Assembly (NCBI RefSeq): GCF_001194135.2
Contig: NC_068981.1
Span: forward strand, 123,463,170 to 123,497,468
Length of the DNA: 34,299 bases
From: Octopus bimaculoides
Lineage: Eukaryota
Reading direction: 5' to 3'
Part shown: positions 12,142 to 23,400 of the stretch, piece after piece
Layout of the letters: the number at the start of each line of letters is the position of its first letter
How positions within the stretch are numbered: the stretch's first letter is position 1
The notes under the pieces: generated by a model
Told to the model about the DNA's origin: nothing
The model's input: the letters and a program-made list of their open reading frames with translations, nothing else
The model's database searches: none
Made by a program: the position numbers and the translations under genes

Positions 12142-12467
12142 AAAGGAAAGGAAGCAGCATTATGTGCAAGACGGATTTATAATTCCTTTGGCCAGCGACG
12201 TTTCGACTGCTGTATGACTCTTTGCAGAAACGTTCAGAGTCTATATGCACAATGGAGATTGGTACCGCTGACGTTATTGCCAGGCGTGTAACGTTTGTCG
12301 TATGACAGAAATGATTCCTGTTAACACAAACATCCAAGATCATTTGGAATCTATCTATATCATACGCCAAATGTCTGCTGAGAGAACGTTGATCTACAGC
12401 AAAAAGAAAATCAATGACATCGCCACGAATATACAATGCATGAATCGGCATCCACATGATGCATAAG
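12142..12467 (-). CDS. Putative coding exon (326 nt) of an uncharacterised secreted or membrane protein
   Basis: Acceptor tattttcagtcctttacctttcag|C at 12468/12467 and donor T|GTAAGT at 12142/12141. One frame is open throughout (LCIMWMPIHALYIRGDVIDFLFAVDQ...HIMLLPFL), the sequence is unique and non-repetitive, and the phase matches exon 25448-25512. If the donor is unused, the ORF ends CK* at 12134. Confidence 0.6.
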
Positions 12468-13322
12468 CTGAAAGGTAAAGGACTGAAAATACCTTGAAAT
12501 ATTCTGTAACCATATCCAAATTCTCAGTCTAAATTTTAACCAGAACTGTGACTTCCTCAAAGAGATTAGCTGCAGCAAATGCGGCTGTCACGCGTTATGT
12601 CCAGTGATTAATTTGTAAATCCCAATTTCAACACATGTCATCTGACAGTAATGTTCATATTCTTGGCCTCCACAGGGAGGCAACTTAGTCAGAGGATTAT
12701 TGTATCAAACACACTCAAACTCTGTAAATGATAAAATTTATAAAAGCAAGGCATTGTATGTGAACGGCATAAGACGTATTGTTGATCACTAAGAAAATAG
12801 AAGTACAAGGGGCAAGTTATAGTGATTATTAATAAATATTTCCGTCAAAGATCTATAGTTCGCAAGCTTAAACAAGTTATTTACAAAGGAAGGACTGTAG
12901 AAGTTTCTAATAGTGATATATTAATAGTGACTTCATTAAAATCACTGAAGACGATGAGCTTACAGCTGAAAAACTTTAGGTGACCACGATTTAAAAATGA
13001 GAAATAGTCAAGGAAAAGAGTTGCTGGTCTTTGGAGGAGTTTCGGAAGCAATTGTGACATTAGATTAACTTAGAGATATAAACATATTGATTTTAGCCAA
13101 AATATCTGGAAGAATACCTAGACAGTACCAGGTTAGAGAGGGAAGGGAGTGCATATATTGGTGCATTAAACGCAATCTTCTTGTTGATATTAGAACATAG
13201 CGTATATCCTGGACAGGAAAGGAGGGCTGAAGAAAATACGTATGAAATATACGTATCAATATACGTATTGGTAAGAAACGGATCTGGTACATTTTTGTAT
13301 CTTAAAATTTAGGAAATTGTAA

Positions 13323-13534
13323 GGCCGCGACCTGGCAGAATCGTTAACACACCAGGCAAAGTATTAGTGGCATTTCGTCCGTTTTTTATGTTCTAAATTC
13401 AAATTCCGCTGAGATCGACTTTGGCTTTCCTACCTTCGGGATCTATAAAATAATTACTAGTTGAACACTGGAGTCGATGTAATCGACCTACCCCATCTCC
13501 AGAAATTTATTGCAGTGTGCCAACATTTGAAGTC
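13323..13534 (+). mobile_element. SINE (near full length)
   Basis: ggccgcgacctggcagaatcgttaacac...ttcaaattccgctgagatcgactttggc...gtgccaacatttgaa; several homologues in the window. Confidence 0.85.
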
Positions 13535-13552
13535 AATATTTAGGAAATTATA

Positions 13553-13690
13553 AGACGGTGAACTGAGAGAACCTTCAACACGCTGGGCGAGATACTTAGC
13601 GCTATTTCGTTCGTTTTTACGTTCAGATCTCAATTTCCGCCGCAGTCGACTTTACATTTCATATTTCCGGTGTCGATGAAATTAATATGT
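13553..13690 (+). mobile_element. Second, more diverged and 3'-truncated copy of the same SINE in tandem
   Basis: gacggtgaactgagagaaccttcaacacgctgggcgagatacttagcgctatttcg...gtcgactttacatttcat...gtcgatgaaattaa aligns to the preceding copy. Confidence 0.75.
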
Positions 13691-13859
13691 AAGAAATTGC
13701 ATTATCTTTTTTTAATTCTTGCAGAATGTGATTATGGTATAGAAGATAATAGTTGGGAGTCTATTTGCCATATAGTAGTGGCGTTTTAGGGATATACATA
13801 AGAAAATTGGGTTTAGAGAGAAGTGATATGCAGCCTGCTTATACGTGTGTGCCTAATAG

Positions 13860-14070
13860 CTTGTGGTATCTTTTAATGATATAACGGGTGTTTAGCTTTA
13901 ACGCTTTTATGTCAGAACTTGAGTTATCAAAATTATCTTTATTCCACGAAGAATTGTGTGCATTGATGTCGTTCACATAGTCTTGGGAAATGGGTAAAGG
14001 TATTATAACTGAGACATGTGAAATGATGTTACGGTTGTTGGATATCCATGATATACTTATGTTCATCATG
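13860..14070 (-). mobile_element. Possible decayed LINE apurinic-type endonuclease fragment
   Basis: ORF 13839..14069 contains VNDINAHNSSWNKDNFD...LKLN, reminiscent of the GDxNAHHxxW motif. One motif only. Confidence 0.3.
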
Positions 14071-14097
14071 AAAGTATGTTACGAATCTGTGAATTGT

Positions 14098-15415
14098 TTG
14101 GTGGTGGTGGTGATGGTGGTGATGGTGGTGGTAGTAGTAGTAGTAGATGTGGAAGAGCAGGAAGAGGAGGAGGACGAAGCGGAGGGGATGAAGAGGATGG
14201 AGGTGAAGAGGAGGAGATGAAGGGGATAAAGTAGAGAGGATTAAGAGAAGGAAGATGAGAGAAGGAGGAGGAATGAGAAGAGGAAGATTAAGAGGGGGAC
14301 GAGGATGAAGAAGAAGGTGAAGAGTAAGTAGAAAGGAGAGGAGGAAAACGAGGAAGTTGGGGAGAAGGAAGAGAAAGAGGAACAGAGGAACNNNNNNNNN
14401 NNNNNNNNNNNNNNNNNNNNNNNNNNNNNNNNNNNNNNNNNNNNNNNNNNNNNNNNNNNNNNNNNNNNNNNNNNNNNNNNNNNNNNNNNNNNNNNNNNNN
14501 NNNNNNNNNNNNNNNNNNNNNNNNNNNNNNNNNNNNNNNNNNNNNNNNNNNNNNNNNNNNNNNNNNNNNNNNNNNNNNNNNNNNNNNNNNNNNNNNNNNN
14601 NNNNNNNNNNNNNNNNNNNNNNNNNNNNNNNNNNNNNNNNNNNNNNNNNNNNNNNNNNNNNNNNNNNNNNNNNNNNNNNNNNNNNNNNNNNNNNNNNNNN
14701 NNNNNNNNNNNNNNNNNNNNNNNNNNNNNNNNNNNNNNNNNNNNNNNNNNNNNNNNNNNNNNNNNNNNNNNNNNNNNNNNNNNNNNNNNNNNNNNNNNNN
14801 NNNNNNNNNNNNNNNNNNNNNNNNNNNNNNNNNNNNNNNNNNNNNNNNNNNNNNNNNNNNNNNNNNNNNNNNNNNNNNNNNNNNNNNNNNNNNNNNNNNN
14901 NNNNNNNNNNNNNNNNNNNNNNNNNNNNNNNNNNNNNNNNNNNNNNNNNNNNNNNNNNNNNNNNNNNNNNNNNNNNNNNNNNNNNNNNNNNNNNNNNNNN
15001 NNNNNNNNNNNNNNNNNNNNNNNNNNNNNNNNNNNNNNNNNNNNNNNNNNNNNNNNNNNNNNNNNNNNNNNNNNNNNNNNNNNNNNNNNNNNNNNNNNNN
15101 NNNNNNNNNNNNNNNNNNNNNNNNNNNNNNNNNNNNNNNNNNNNNNNNNNNNNNNNNNNNNNNNNNNNNNNNNNNNNNNNNNNNNNNNNNNNNNNNNNNN
15201 NNNNNNNNNNNNNNNNNNNNNNNNNNNNNNNNNNNNNNNNNNNNNNNNNNNNNNNNNNNNNNNNNNNNNNNNNNNNNNNNNNNNNNNNNNNNNNNNNNAA
15301 GAAGAAGAAGAAGAAGAAGAAGAAGAAGAAGAAGAAGAAGAAGAAGAAGAAGAAGAAGAAGAAGAAGAAGAAGAAGAAGAAGAAGAAGAAGAAGAAAAAC
15401 AAGAAAAAACAAGAA
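14098..15415. repeat. (GGT)n/(AGT)n, a purine-rich GA tract, a ~0.9 kb gap (14392-15298) and (GAA)n
   Basis: Direct read; the long ORFs 14029..15436 are gap/repeat artefacts. Confidence 0.95.
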
Positions 15416-16036
15416 CAAAAAGAAATTCATTATTAATATCGTGGTTATAGCAAACTCAAATTATTTTGTTTTGCATCTCTGTTGCAATTTGATCGTTTGA
15501 CACATTTCTTTTTGCATTAACTGCAAACATGTCACAGATGCCATACAAAAGGAATATATTATGTAGGCCAGATAACATTCGTACCATTCTGTAAAAATAT
15601 CATTTGCTATATATCAATCAACCTTTGAATTCAAACCCATATATGCAACTACAATGCTGAACTAGTAAATTATCTCACATATTCTCGATTACGTTTCGAA
15701 AAGTGAAATAGATAAAAATAGATAAAAGTAAACGAGTAAATAAAATATTCATACACAAACAGAATTTTGTCTGATAAAATGATCTGTCTCTCTACATTTT
15801 CGTTTAATGACATTTAAATATCAACAAAAACAGAATAATACATTAACAGCAGATTAGTGAAATAGAATTCATTTTTCAGGTTTAACAAGAAATGTTTTCA
15901 TGTGAAATGCTTTTCTTCGCAAAGTGGCATATATAACATCTGCTTTTGTCTTCAGGAAAACGAGAAGTATTTTCGAGAGAAATAAATGCATAGAATGATA
16001 AATCTCTGAACGAGGTATAAACAGTAACTGCACGAC

Positions 16037-16553
16037 AACGTGAAGTATATTTGCCACTTAAATGTGGCTAAACCCTAAGGGTGAATGTTACTGTTGCTTT
16101 TAGCCACAGGAGAACATCTCCTCCAGCTGGCTATTGACACACAACTGTGTCCTCTCTGTATTTGCAAAGGGAAGTCATCCCTCCCATCTTGATCACGTGA
16201 TACATGATACGTGATACATACAAACTCGGGTCCGTGTGTATCACGTGATCAAGATGGAAGGGATGACTTCCCTTTGCAAATACAGACAGAACACAGATGT
16301 GTGTCAATAGCCAGCTGGAGAACATGTTCTCCTGGGGCTAAAAGCAACAGTAACATTCACCCTTAGGGTTTAGCCGCATTTAAGTGGCAAATATAGNNNN
16401 NNNNNNNNNNNNNNNNNNNNNNNNNNNNNNNNNNNNNNNNNNNNNNNNNNNNNNNNNNNNNNNNNNNNNNNCATGTTCTCCTGGGGCTAAAAGCAACAGT
16501 AACATTCACCCTTAGGGTTTAGCCGCATTTAAGTGGCAAATATAGTTCACGTT
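16037..16553. mobile_element. Palindromic MITE/foldback element (~365 bp real length) with ~160 bp inverted arms; right arm partly duplicated across a gap
   Basis: Left arm aacgtgaagtatatttgccacttaaatgtggctaaaccctaagggtgaatgttactgttgc...catcttgatcacgtgatac is mirrored by gtatcacgtgatcaagatgg...gcaacagtaacattcacccttagggtttagccgcatttaagtggcaaatatagttcacgtt. No TSD is evident. Confidence 0.88.
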
Positions 16554-16691
16554 TAAATGCATAGAATTCTGTTTAATAGCAACAAATATTTGGTAAAATT
16601 GTTCTCAGTGCACAGTTCTTGTTGGGAGTTCATCAAAACTTAAATTAATTTGTCTCTCAAAAATATAACCCACAATATTAACAACGAAAAA

Positions 16692-16900
16692 GGTGGTGAG
16701 CTGGCAGAATCGTTAGCACGCCCGGTATAATTCTTAGCGGCATTCCATCCCTCTTCACGGGCTGAGTTCAAATTTTGCCGATGTTGACTTTGTATTTCAT
16801 CTTCCCGGGGTCGATAAAATAAGTACTAATTGAAAAGTGGGACCGATGTAATCGAATTGCCCTTCCCCAAAACTACTGGCCTTGTGCCAAAATTTGAAAA
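16692..16900 (+). mobile_element. SINE, same family as 13323-13534
   Basis: ggtggtgagctggcagaatcgttagcacg...ccttgtgccaaaatttgaaa. Confidence 0.85.
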
Positions 16901-17009
16901 CAACATTAGGGACGGAAGCAGTATAAGTTCAAAATAGTGACCTTTCAATATACATATACAAATTGTTCAAAGCCATCGATATAGATCGTTGGGTTAAGTA
17001 CGTATTTTT

Positions 17010-17300
17010 ATTCAATGATGCACTCGATCAAATCTACGACATTGTTTATTTTGCGCCTGGTATTTATTTTATGAACCGTTTTTGGCCGGACAGCTGTTTT
17101 TAGTAATGTACACAAACCGATGATGATAATCAAGCGGTGAGACACAAGCACTAGCACAAACATAGACGTACACGTATACACACACATACAAATATACGCA
17201 CACGTACAAATATACGCACACGTACAAACACACACACACACATACATACATACATACATACATACATACATACATACATACATACATACATACATACATA
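17010..17300 (-). mobile_element. Probable 3' half of a SINE with internal (TG)n/(TATG)n microsatellite
   Basis: The microsatellite block is followed on the minus strand by cgcttga...aaataaataccaggc...gatttgatcgag, which resembles a recurrent cephalopod SINE tail (recall only). Confidence 0.4.
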
Positions 17301-17341
17301 CGTGTGCAGTATGTGTTATGTAGAAGTTAATATTTTAAAGC

Positions 17342-17436
17342 AAGCTCAAATTCCGCCGAGGCCGACGTTACTTTTCATCCTTCTGTGTTCTATAAAATAA
17401 GTATCAGCCGTCACACTTGGTTGATTTCATCGACCC
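17342..17436 (+). mobile_element. Internal fragment of the 13323-type SINE
   Basis: agctcaaattccgccgaggccgacgttacttttcatcctt...taaaataagtatcag...catcgac. Confidence 0.65.
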
Positions 17437-18078
17437 AGTGCACGATTGTTGCTATCTGCAACACTACTGTCTGAGCAGATAGTCACATTCTATATATGTC
17501 GCTGACGGGGTAATCAGCTACTATGTCTAACTGGACATCTCTTAGTGACAAATCAAGGAAGGCCGAAATCACTTGATCTGGCAGATCCTGCAACCGCAAC
17601 GGGCGGTTTTTGCGCCCCACCCAGCCATATAAACACGAGTGCTTTCATGCACCACAAGTTCTTATGAGAGGCCTTGTAGTGCAGGTTATCTACTTTAAAT
17701 GCGTGATAAATGATATATTTTGGCATTAATATTGCTTCTATTGCTATTAATTATTTTACTTTTAGATTGTTATAACTTTATAATTTATATATTATTTACT
17801 TTATATTTTATCTATCTCTACTTTTGTTGTAGAAATTAATCTCGTGTTCTTTCTTTCATTTTATTTGACTCTTTCTCTCTCTTTTTCCGTTTTCTCTTCT
17901 TCCTAAGTTCCTCTTCTTTCTCTCTTTCTTTTCTTCTAGGGAATCTGAGAAGCATATATGTCAGATGCTTTTCTTTAATCAATACTTAGGTAATAATGTT
18001 GTCTAACCTGCAAAAACGCCCTTGATTTGTGTGGCCTTCATCTTTTCTAAAAACATACACACACAACCTACATCTAAT

Positions 18079-18079
<1 letters not shown>

Positions 18080-18113
<34 letters not shown>

Positions 18114-18398
18114 NNNNNNNNNNNNNNNNNNNNNNNNNNNNNNNNNNNNNNNNNNNNNNNNNNNNNNNNNNNNNNNNNNNNNNNNNNNNNNNNNNNNNNN
18201 NNNNNNNNNNNNNNNNNNNNNNNNNNNNNNNNNNNNNNNNNNNNNNNNNNNNNNNNNNNNNNNNNNNNNNNNNNNNNNNNNNNNNNNNNNNNNNNNNNNN
18301 NNNNNNNNNNNNNNNNNNNNNNNNNNNNNNNNNNNNNNNNNNNNNNNNNNNNNNNNNNNNNNNNNNNNNNNNNNNNNNNNNNNNNNNNNNNNNNNNNN

Positions 18399-18434
<36 letters not shown>

Positions 18435-18457
18435 GTTATTATTATTATTATTATTAT

Positions 18458-18493
<36 letters not shown>

Positions 18494-18510
18494 TAGTAGT
18501 AGTAGTAGAA
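18080..18510. repeat. (TA)n, gap (18114-18398), (TAT)n, (TAG)n
   Basis: Direct read. Confidence 0.95.
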
Positions 18511-20968
18511 GTTTCGGCTAGCTAAGCCATCGTTGGAGTCTTCGTGTATGTGTGTAGATATGTGTGTATCTTGCAGAATTACACAATATATCTTAAAACT
18601 CCTGTTCTGTTTTTTTTGTTTTTTCGTTGCTTTTTTTTAGATTTTAAGTTTGAGGATTCTTTATAACATCTCTTAGGTTCATATATCTAACATTTCACAA
18701 GACAGATTAACTATAACATATGTGTTTTATATTCTATCAAATAAATTCTAGTTTCAATGGAAATCTTTAATTTCTTTATATTTGTTATATTTTCTTCCTT
18801 TCATTCTACTATGAAGAATCAGCACTGATAATTGAGCCATATTTACCAAATTCATTTGATGACGAATTATCTGGCCGTCATTCGGATGAAACATCAAATA
18901 ATGAGATTTCTGGGGTTTTGTTTTCTTTCTTTTTTTTTCTCTCACACTTTCATGGAAATGTTATAAGGAAATAGAATTCGATGTATTGTGAAATCAATAG
19001 CGTTGTTATTGTAGTTACATTGTCATAACAAGATGTATTTTATCTTCTTTAAATGCAAACAACTGTTTTATATACTCTTAGTGTTTGAAATTTTAATTCA
19101 ATGGCCTTAGACTTCCAAGTTTGAAATGAGCCTAAGCTCATGTATGTACGAAATACTTTGTGGGTCAACTGTAAAAGGATAGTAGTAATTTTGCAATATG
19201 TGTTTCCTGCAATATAGTTTATATTCTGTAGACTTCATATATTAAATAACAAGATGTTCAATGCTTGTATTTTATGTTATTTCCGTAGTTTCAAATATTT
19301 TAATATTCATATGTGATATCGAATCGAAACTAAAACTTGATAGTCTTATAAATTGCATTGCATATTGCTCAGTACATATCACAGGCGATGATGGATGGAT
19401 TAAGATGTATGGCACTAGGAAATGAAATATGTGAGTTGATTCATGTTGCTTACGATCAAAGGAAATTCATTAAAATCACACCGGTAGAGTGAAATTCATT
19501 CAGCAAGAGATAGCTTAAACTAGTCAAAGTCTGTAAACCATTCCGATTTTTGGATAGTTCATGTCACTGTATCTACTACCCACTCATAATGGCTTTTAGA
19601 AATGCATGGACGTAACAACTTTCCTTTTTTCCATGTAAATTTAATCGTAAAAGGAAACAACTATCTACAATGCACAATCAAATTACAATAATAAGTTTTA
19701 GTTCTTCGAAACAGTGTGTAGGCTACTGACTTAAGGAAAAGTGGTGAAAGTGTGGAGTTTTAGAAGAGTACTCTGCCGAGTAGAAAAGACACTAAATATA
19801 TTTAGTGTTTTGTTCTTTAAAATGAGAATGTCAAAGATGTATGGACGGATGTAGTAAGACAAGGAGAGACTCTTACAACGGTCGTGCAGAGACAGGAGTC
19901 AAACAAGTTATCAGTTTATTGTAGCAGATTTTATATTTCTGAAGTACAAATATTAAGACGTAGAAGATATGTGAAGAAAATGTATTACAAACTCAAAAGA
20001 AAAAAGATTTTATCAAATGAAATGTTTCTTTAGTGTAATAGCCGGAATCCGAAGAAACTGGTGACTGTGTATGCAGCGTAATATTGTTAACTGTAATATT
20101 CGTTCATCAGTAGGGATTGTATAGTACTGTAGGAACATATGCTTTCATATAATTCTGTTGAAGGATACTAGACTGCCGTCCACTCACAGCAGGTTGTTTT
20201 CAAATTTCGCCTCATTTGCGCGGTGAAATTCTAGTGTGTGATACTTTCATTATGACAGCCCTGCAATATAGATTAATGAAAGGTATAGAAGACTAACAGT
20301 CTTCACCTATGGAAGACTAACGGTCTTCTATACGAGAAATGTGTAATTTTAAGATAGACAACGATAAACATTATTAATGCACAGAGAGATGAGAATAAAG
20401 GAGAAAAAATTCGGGGAATTACTAGAATTGATAAAATGAGGTGCGACTAGCGCTGTCTGCATATGTCGGAAAGGAGCTGAACGACAGGTATCATCAATTC
20501 TAAAAGATGATAATCGGATCTGCCTGAATGATTAGCATGTTTTTAAACCCAGACTTATTTGCTAGCATATTCATAGATGTACCCCCGGTTTTTCTCCCAT
20601 CAAATTCCAGGCTTAAGTCTTACACTTAGAGCGTAAATGTAGAAGTATTGAGAAAGGCGCTTGAAATACATTGGAAGAATTCCAATGTATTTCAAGCTTA
20701 TTATAGCAGAATTCGCTTTGTTACACATCTTTATATGCCTGTATATAGTTATTAGAAGCAATTCAATCATATTTATAAGGTTTTAGGATACATAAAGTTA
20801 AAAGAAGCATTTATGCGTTCTTGAGCAGAAAGCTTCAATTTTCTTGTCTTTCTTCATTTTTAAAGCCATGTTTATATGTTGCTTATGACTGAATTTATTT
20901 TTTGTGGAAATTGCAGTCCTTTGAGTACCTCTTAATCAACTAGTTAAGAGAACAAATTTAACGGAACA

Positions 20969-21047
<79 letters not shown>

Positions 21048-21100
21048 ACAAATACACACACACACACACACAAATACACACACACACAGATATATATATA
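20969..21100. repeat. (CA)n/(TA)n microsatellite
   Basis: Direct read. Confidence 0.95.
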
Positions 21101-21199
21101 TGATTATGTATGTATCGACGAATTCGGGAGTTGATATTCATAGATAGACAACTTGCGTTTCATATACTTTATAACTTTATCTAATGCAACTACAATATC

Positions 21200-23400
21200 A
21201 TTAATTAATAACCTTTAATAGAATTATACGTCAAACCTAATTGTCATGTTTTTCTTTTATCATTTATGTTTAGGGAATGTCATGTCATCTTTTCCATACC
21301 AATTTCTAACATTTCTCTGTGAATATCTCTTATAACATATTTATATATTGATATTTCTCTATAACAGTTATCCTACTTCATGTCTCAACTAGAATTTTCT
21401 AAGTTTGTTCTTTTATTTGTTATTGTTGTTGTATTTACTAAATTTCGTTCACATCTAAAGAATCACCATTAACTATCATGTAGCATTTACCAAAATCTTT
21501 TGATGAATAATTATTTGGTAATCGTACATCTAAAACTGCAAATGCTAAATCTATTTACTTTTTTTTAAATCTTTCATGACAATATTAGAATAACAAAGAT
21601 ATCGATTTAATGTGAAATCAATATTGTTGATATTGTAGTAGTATTGCCATACTCCTGGTATTTGTCAACTGAAAAATTTTGAAAATTTATGAGAACTCTA
21701 TTGTTCAACTTTAGTTTCTGAATCATGTGGGAAAAGAATCTCCTTCCAGGATAGAACGTTGTTAAAATTACAAATGACGTATCTGCTTGTGGCGGCCCAG
21801 CAGAACATTTTTGTAATAAGCAAATTATTTATTTTGAAGGAGATACAGCACCCATGAACGTTTGATGTGTATGATGAGGAGGTCTTTGTAGTTGCTTCTC
21901 TGCTTACAAAACAATAGTTTGAGTCTCACAATAAAATGGGGAGATTAAGAATTTCAGCCGATAAAATACTGGCTGTTATGTAATCAACTCAGTAAACAAT
22001 TCAATAAAGTCTTGAGACAGGGTCTTCTGAGTATGGTAAAATTTATTATTTCCTTTTCGCGGTTTGATTCCAAATCAGTTTCGTTTGAGTTTTTTTTTTT
22101 TAAATTCTATTGTAAAACGTTAGTATCAAATATTTCTTTACCTAGCCATTCATCTTTTTCTCATCCATTGCAAATCTAAATTCTTGTTTAAATGCATAAT
22201 ACTATTTTATATCCTCTTAATATCTGAAGGATAAATCCCACTTCAATTGCCTTAGCTCTTAGTGAGGAACAGACAATAAGCATTAAATGATTTTACGGAA
22301 TACTTTGGAGGCCATTTCTAAAAGTATCCCTTTCATTCTGCAGTACATTTTTCAGTTTATTTTCTTATTAACTTCTATCATCAAATGTGTATCGTTGTTT
22401 TATATTTTACTTCCTCTTTCACAACTATTTTAGCATTCATATGTGTTCTCGAACCTAACCCTTAATAATCTTATAAATCTTATTAATTCTCACATTCTGA
22501 GCTTCACTAGAGATAACGTGTTGTGCGAGATACCTGGCGCCAGGAAATGAAAGTTGGCAGTCGATTTTCTTTCTATTTTAAAGATATTTAACTTTATTGA
22601 TGCTGTTAATCTTCAAAGAAAGCCCTTTCAAATCACTGTAGCAGCAGCAACAGACAAAAGCAAAAGATAATCCTATGCAAGTCAATGTCCGTAAACCTAT
22701 GTCATTCCAAGTCCAGGTCATTTCATATCACCGTATTAAATGGGAACTATTGAAAAGGTATTGACATTACGATATCATATTTTCAATTTCAGAGCTATTT
22801 GTCAAAAGAAACCTAATATCAATAAAACAAAATGGCTTAGTTCCTAAAATTAGTGTGTAGTTTGATGCATCTAAAAGCAAGCGAGACGTATATCGACTTC
22901 CATAGGAATATTTTTCTGCGTACAAGAGATTATAAAAGTGTTTAGTGTGATGCTCAAGAACTATAGTAAGCTACGAATGGTGAGATAGTTGCTCGAGGAA
23001 TGGTGCGCGTATTGGCTGTCCTTTGAAGGTGGCTAATCTAGAATAGTTGTATAAAATATCTAGAATAGTTGTAAAATATAAAATATAGAGAGGAGAGTCC
23101 ATTTCATCTGTAAGCTAGTTGGTTGTTGCTGACAATATGTGCGCATTCTAGTGTTGTCCAAGACGTATAAATAATACTATAAAGCAGAACGTTTGAGTTA
23201 TGAGTTTAATAGAACACATTTGCGTATTCTGAGCCGAAGAAAGTGGAAGTAGTTTTAATTTCCAATTTTACTAGGAACAGATTTCCTATAAAAAGAGCAT
23301 TTGGAAGAGTTGGCTGGAAAGTTAGAATCTTCTGAAAGCCGCTTCAATATGGGGTCAGTGTGTGGTCATCAAGCAAAAATTAGTATAGATTGATAACCCA
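21200..23400 (-). mobile_element. Old, near-full-length Penelope-like element (Neptune-like), riddled with stops and frameshifts
   Basis: Motifs occur in the expected order on the minus strand: VINLY*FLLDDHTLTPY*..KILTFQPT (~23400-23310; PLE N-terminal VxNLS..L..E..L.KGL.F.PT), FRY*EDI (~22230-22208; RYxDD), PPHHTHQTFMGAVSPSK*IICLLQKCS..RRFFSHMIQ (thumb, ~21890-21720), and a decayed Cys-containing linker/EN near 21530-21300. Confidence 0.6.

Noticed and set aside
12398-12467. Alternative frame AYASCGCRFMHCIFVAMSLIFFLL* resembling a GPI-anchor signal
   Set aside because: It needs a phase-1 upstream exon that I could not find, whereas the long frame joins exon 25448 cleanly.
12570-12722. Cys-containing minus-strand stretch (KLPPCGGQEYEHYCQMTC) after a candidate acceptor
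   Set aside because: Stops occur in all frames from the acceptor, and there is no usable donor giving a realistic intron.
12947-12980. Plus-strand CTGAAGA...GAAA, and a similar minus-strand motif at ~23950-23972, as hammerheads
   Set aside because: Stem II is absent or mis-spaced and there is no stem I/III or cleavage triplet.
14029-15436. The longest ORFs in the track (457, 380, 359 aa), and 6885..7658 (257 aa)
   Set aside because: They consist of N gaps and (GAA)n/(TTC)n homopolymer translations, not genes.
17008-18525. MYVC-, IYIY-, HT- and CV-repeat ORFs here and at 20944, 26055-26823, 28529 and 32457
   Set aside because: Translations of (TA)n, (CA)n and (TATG)n microsatellites and gaps.
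19385-19436. Plus-strand mini-exon candidate (GDDGWIKMY, WD40-like)
   Set aside because: That frame hits a stop before the donor, and no partner exons were found.
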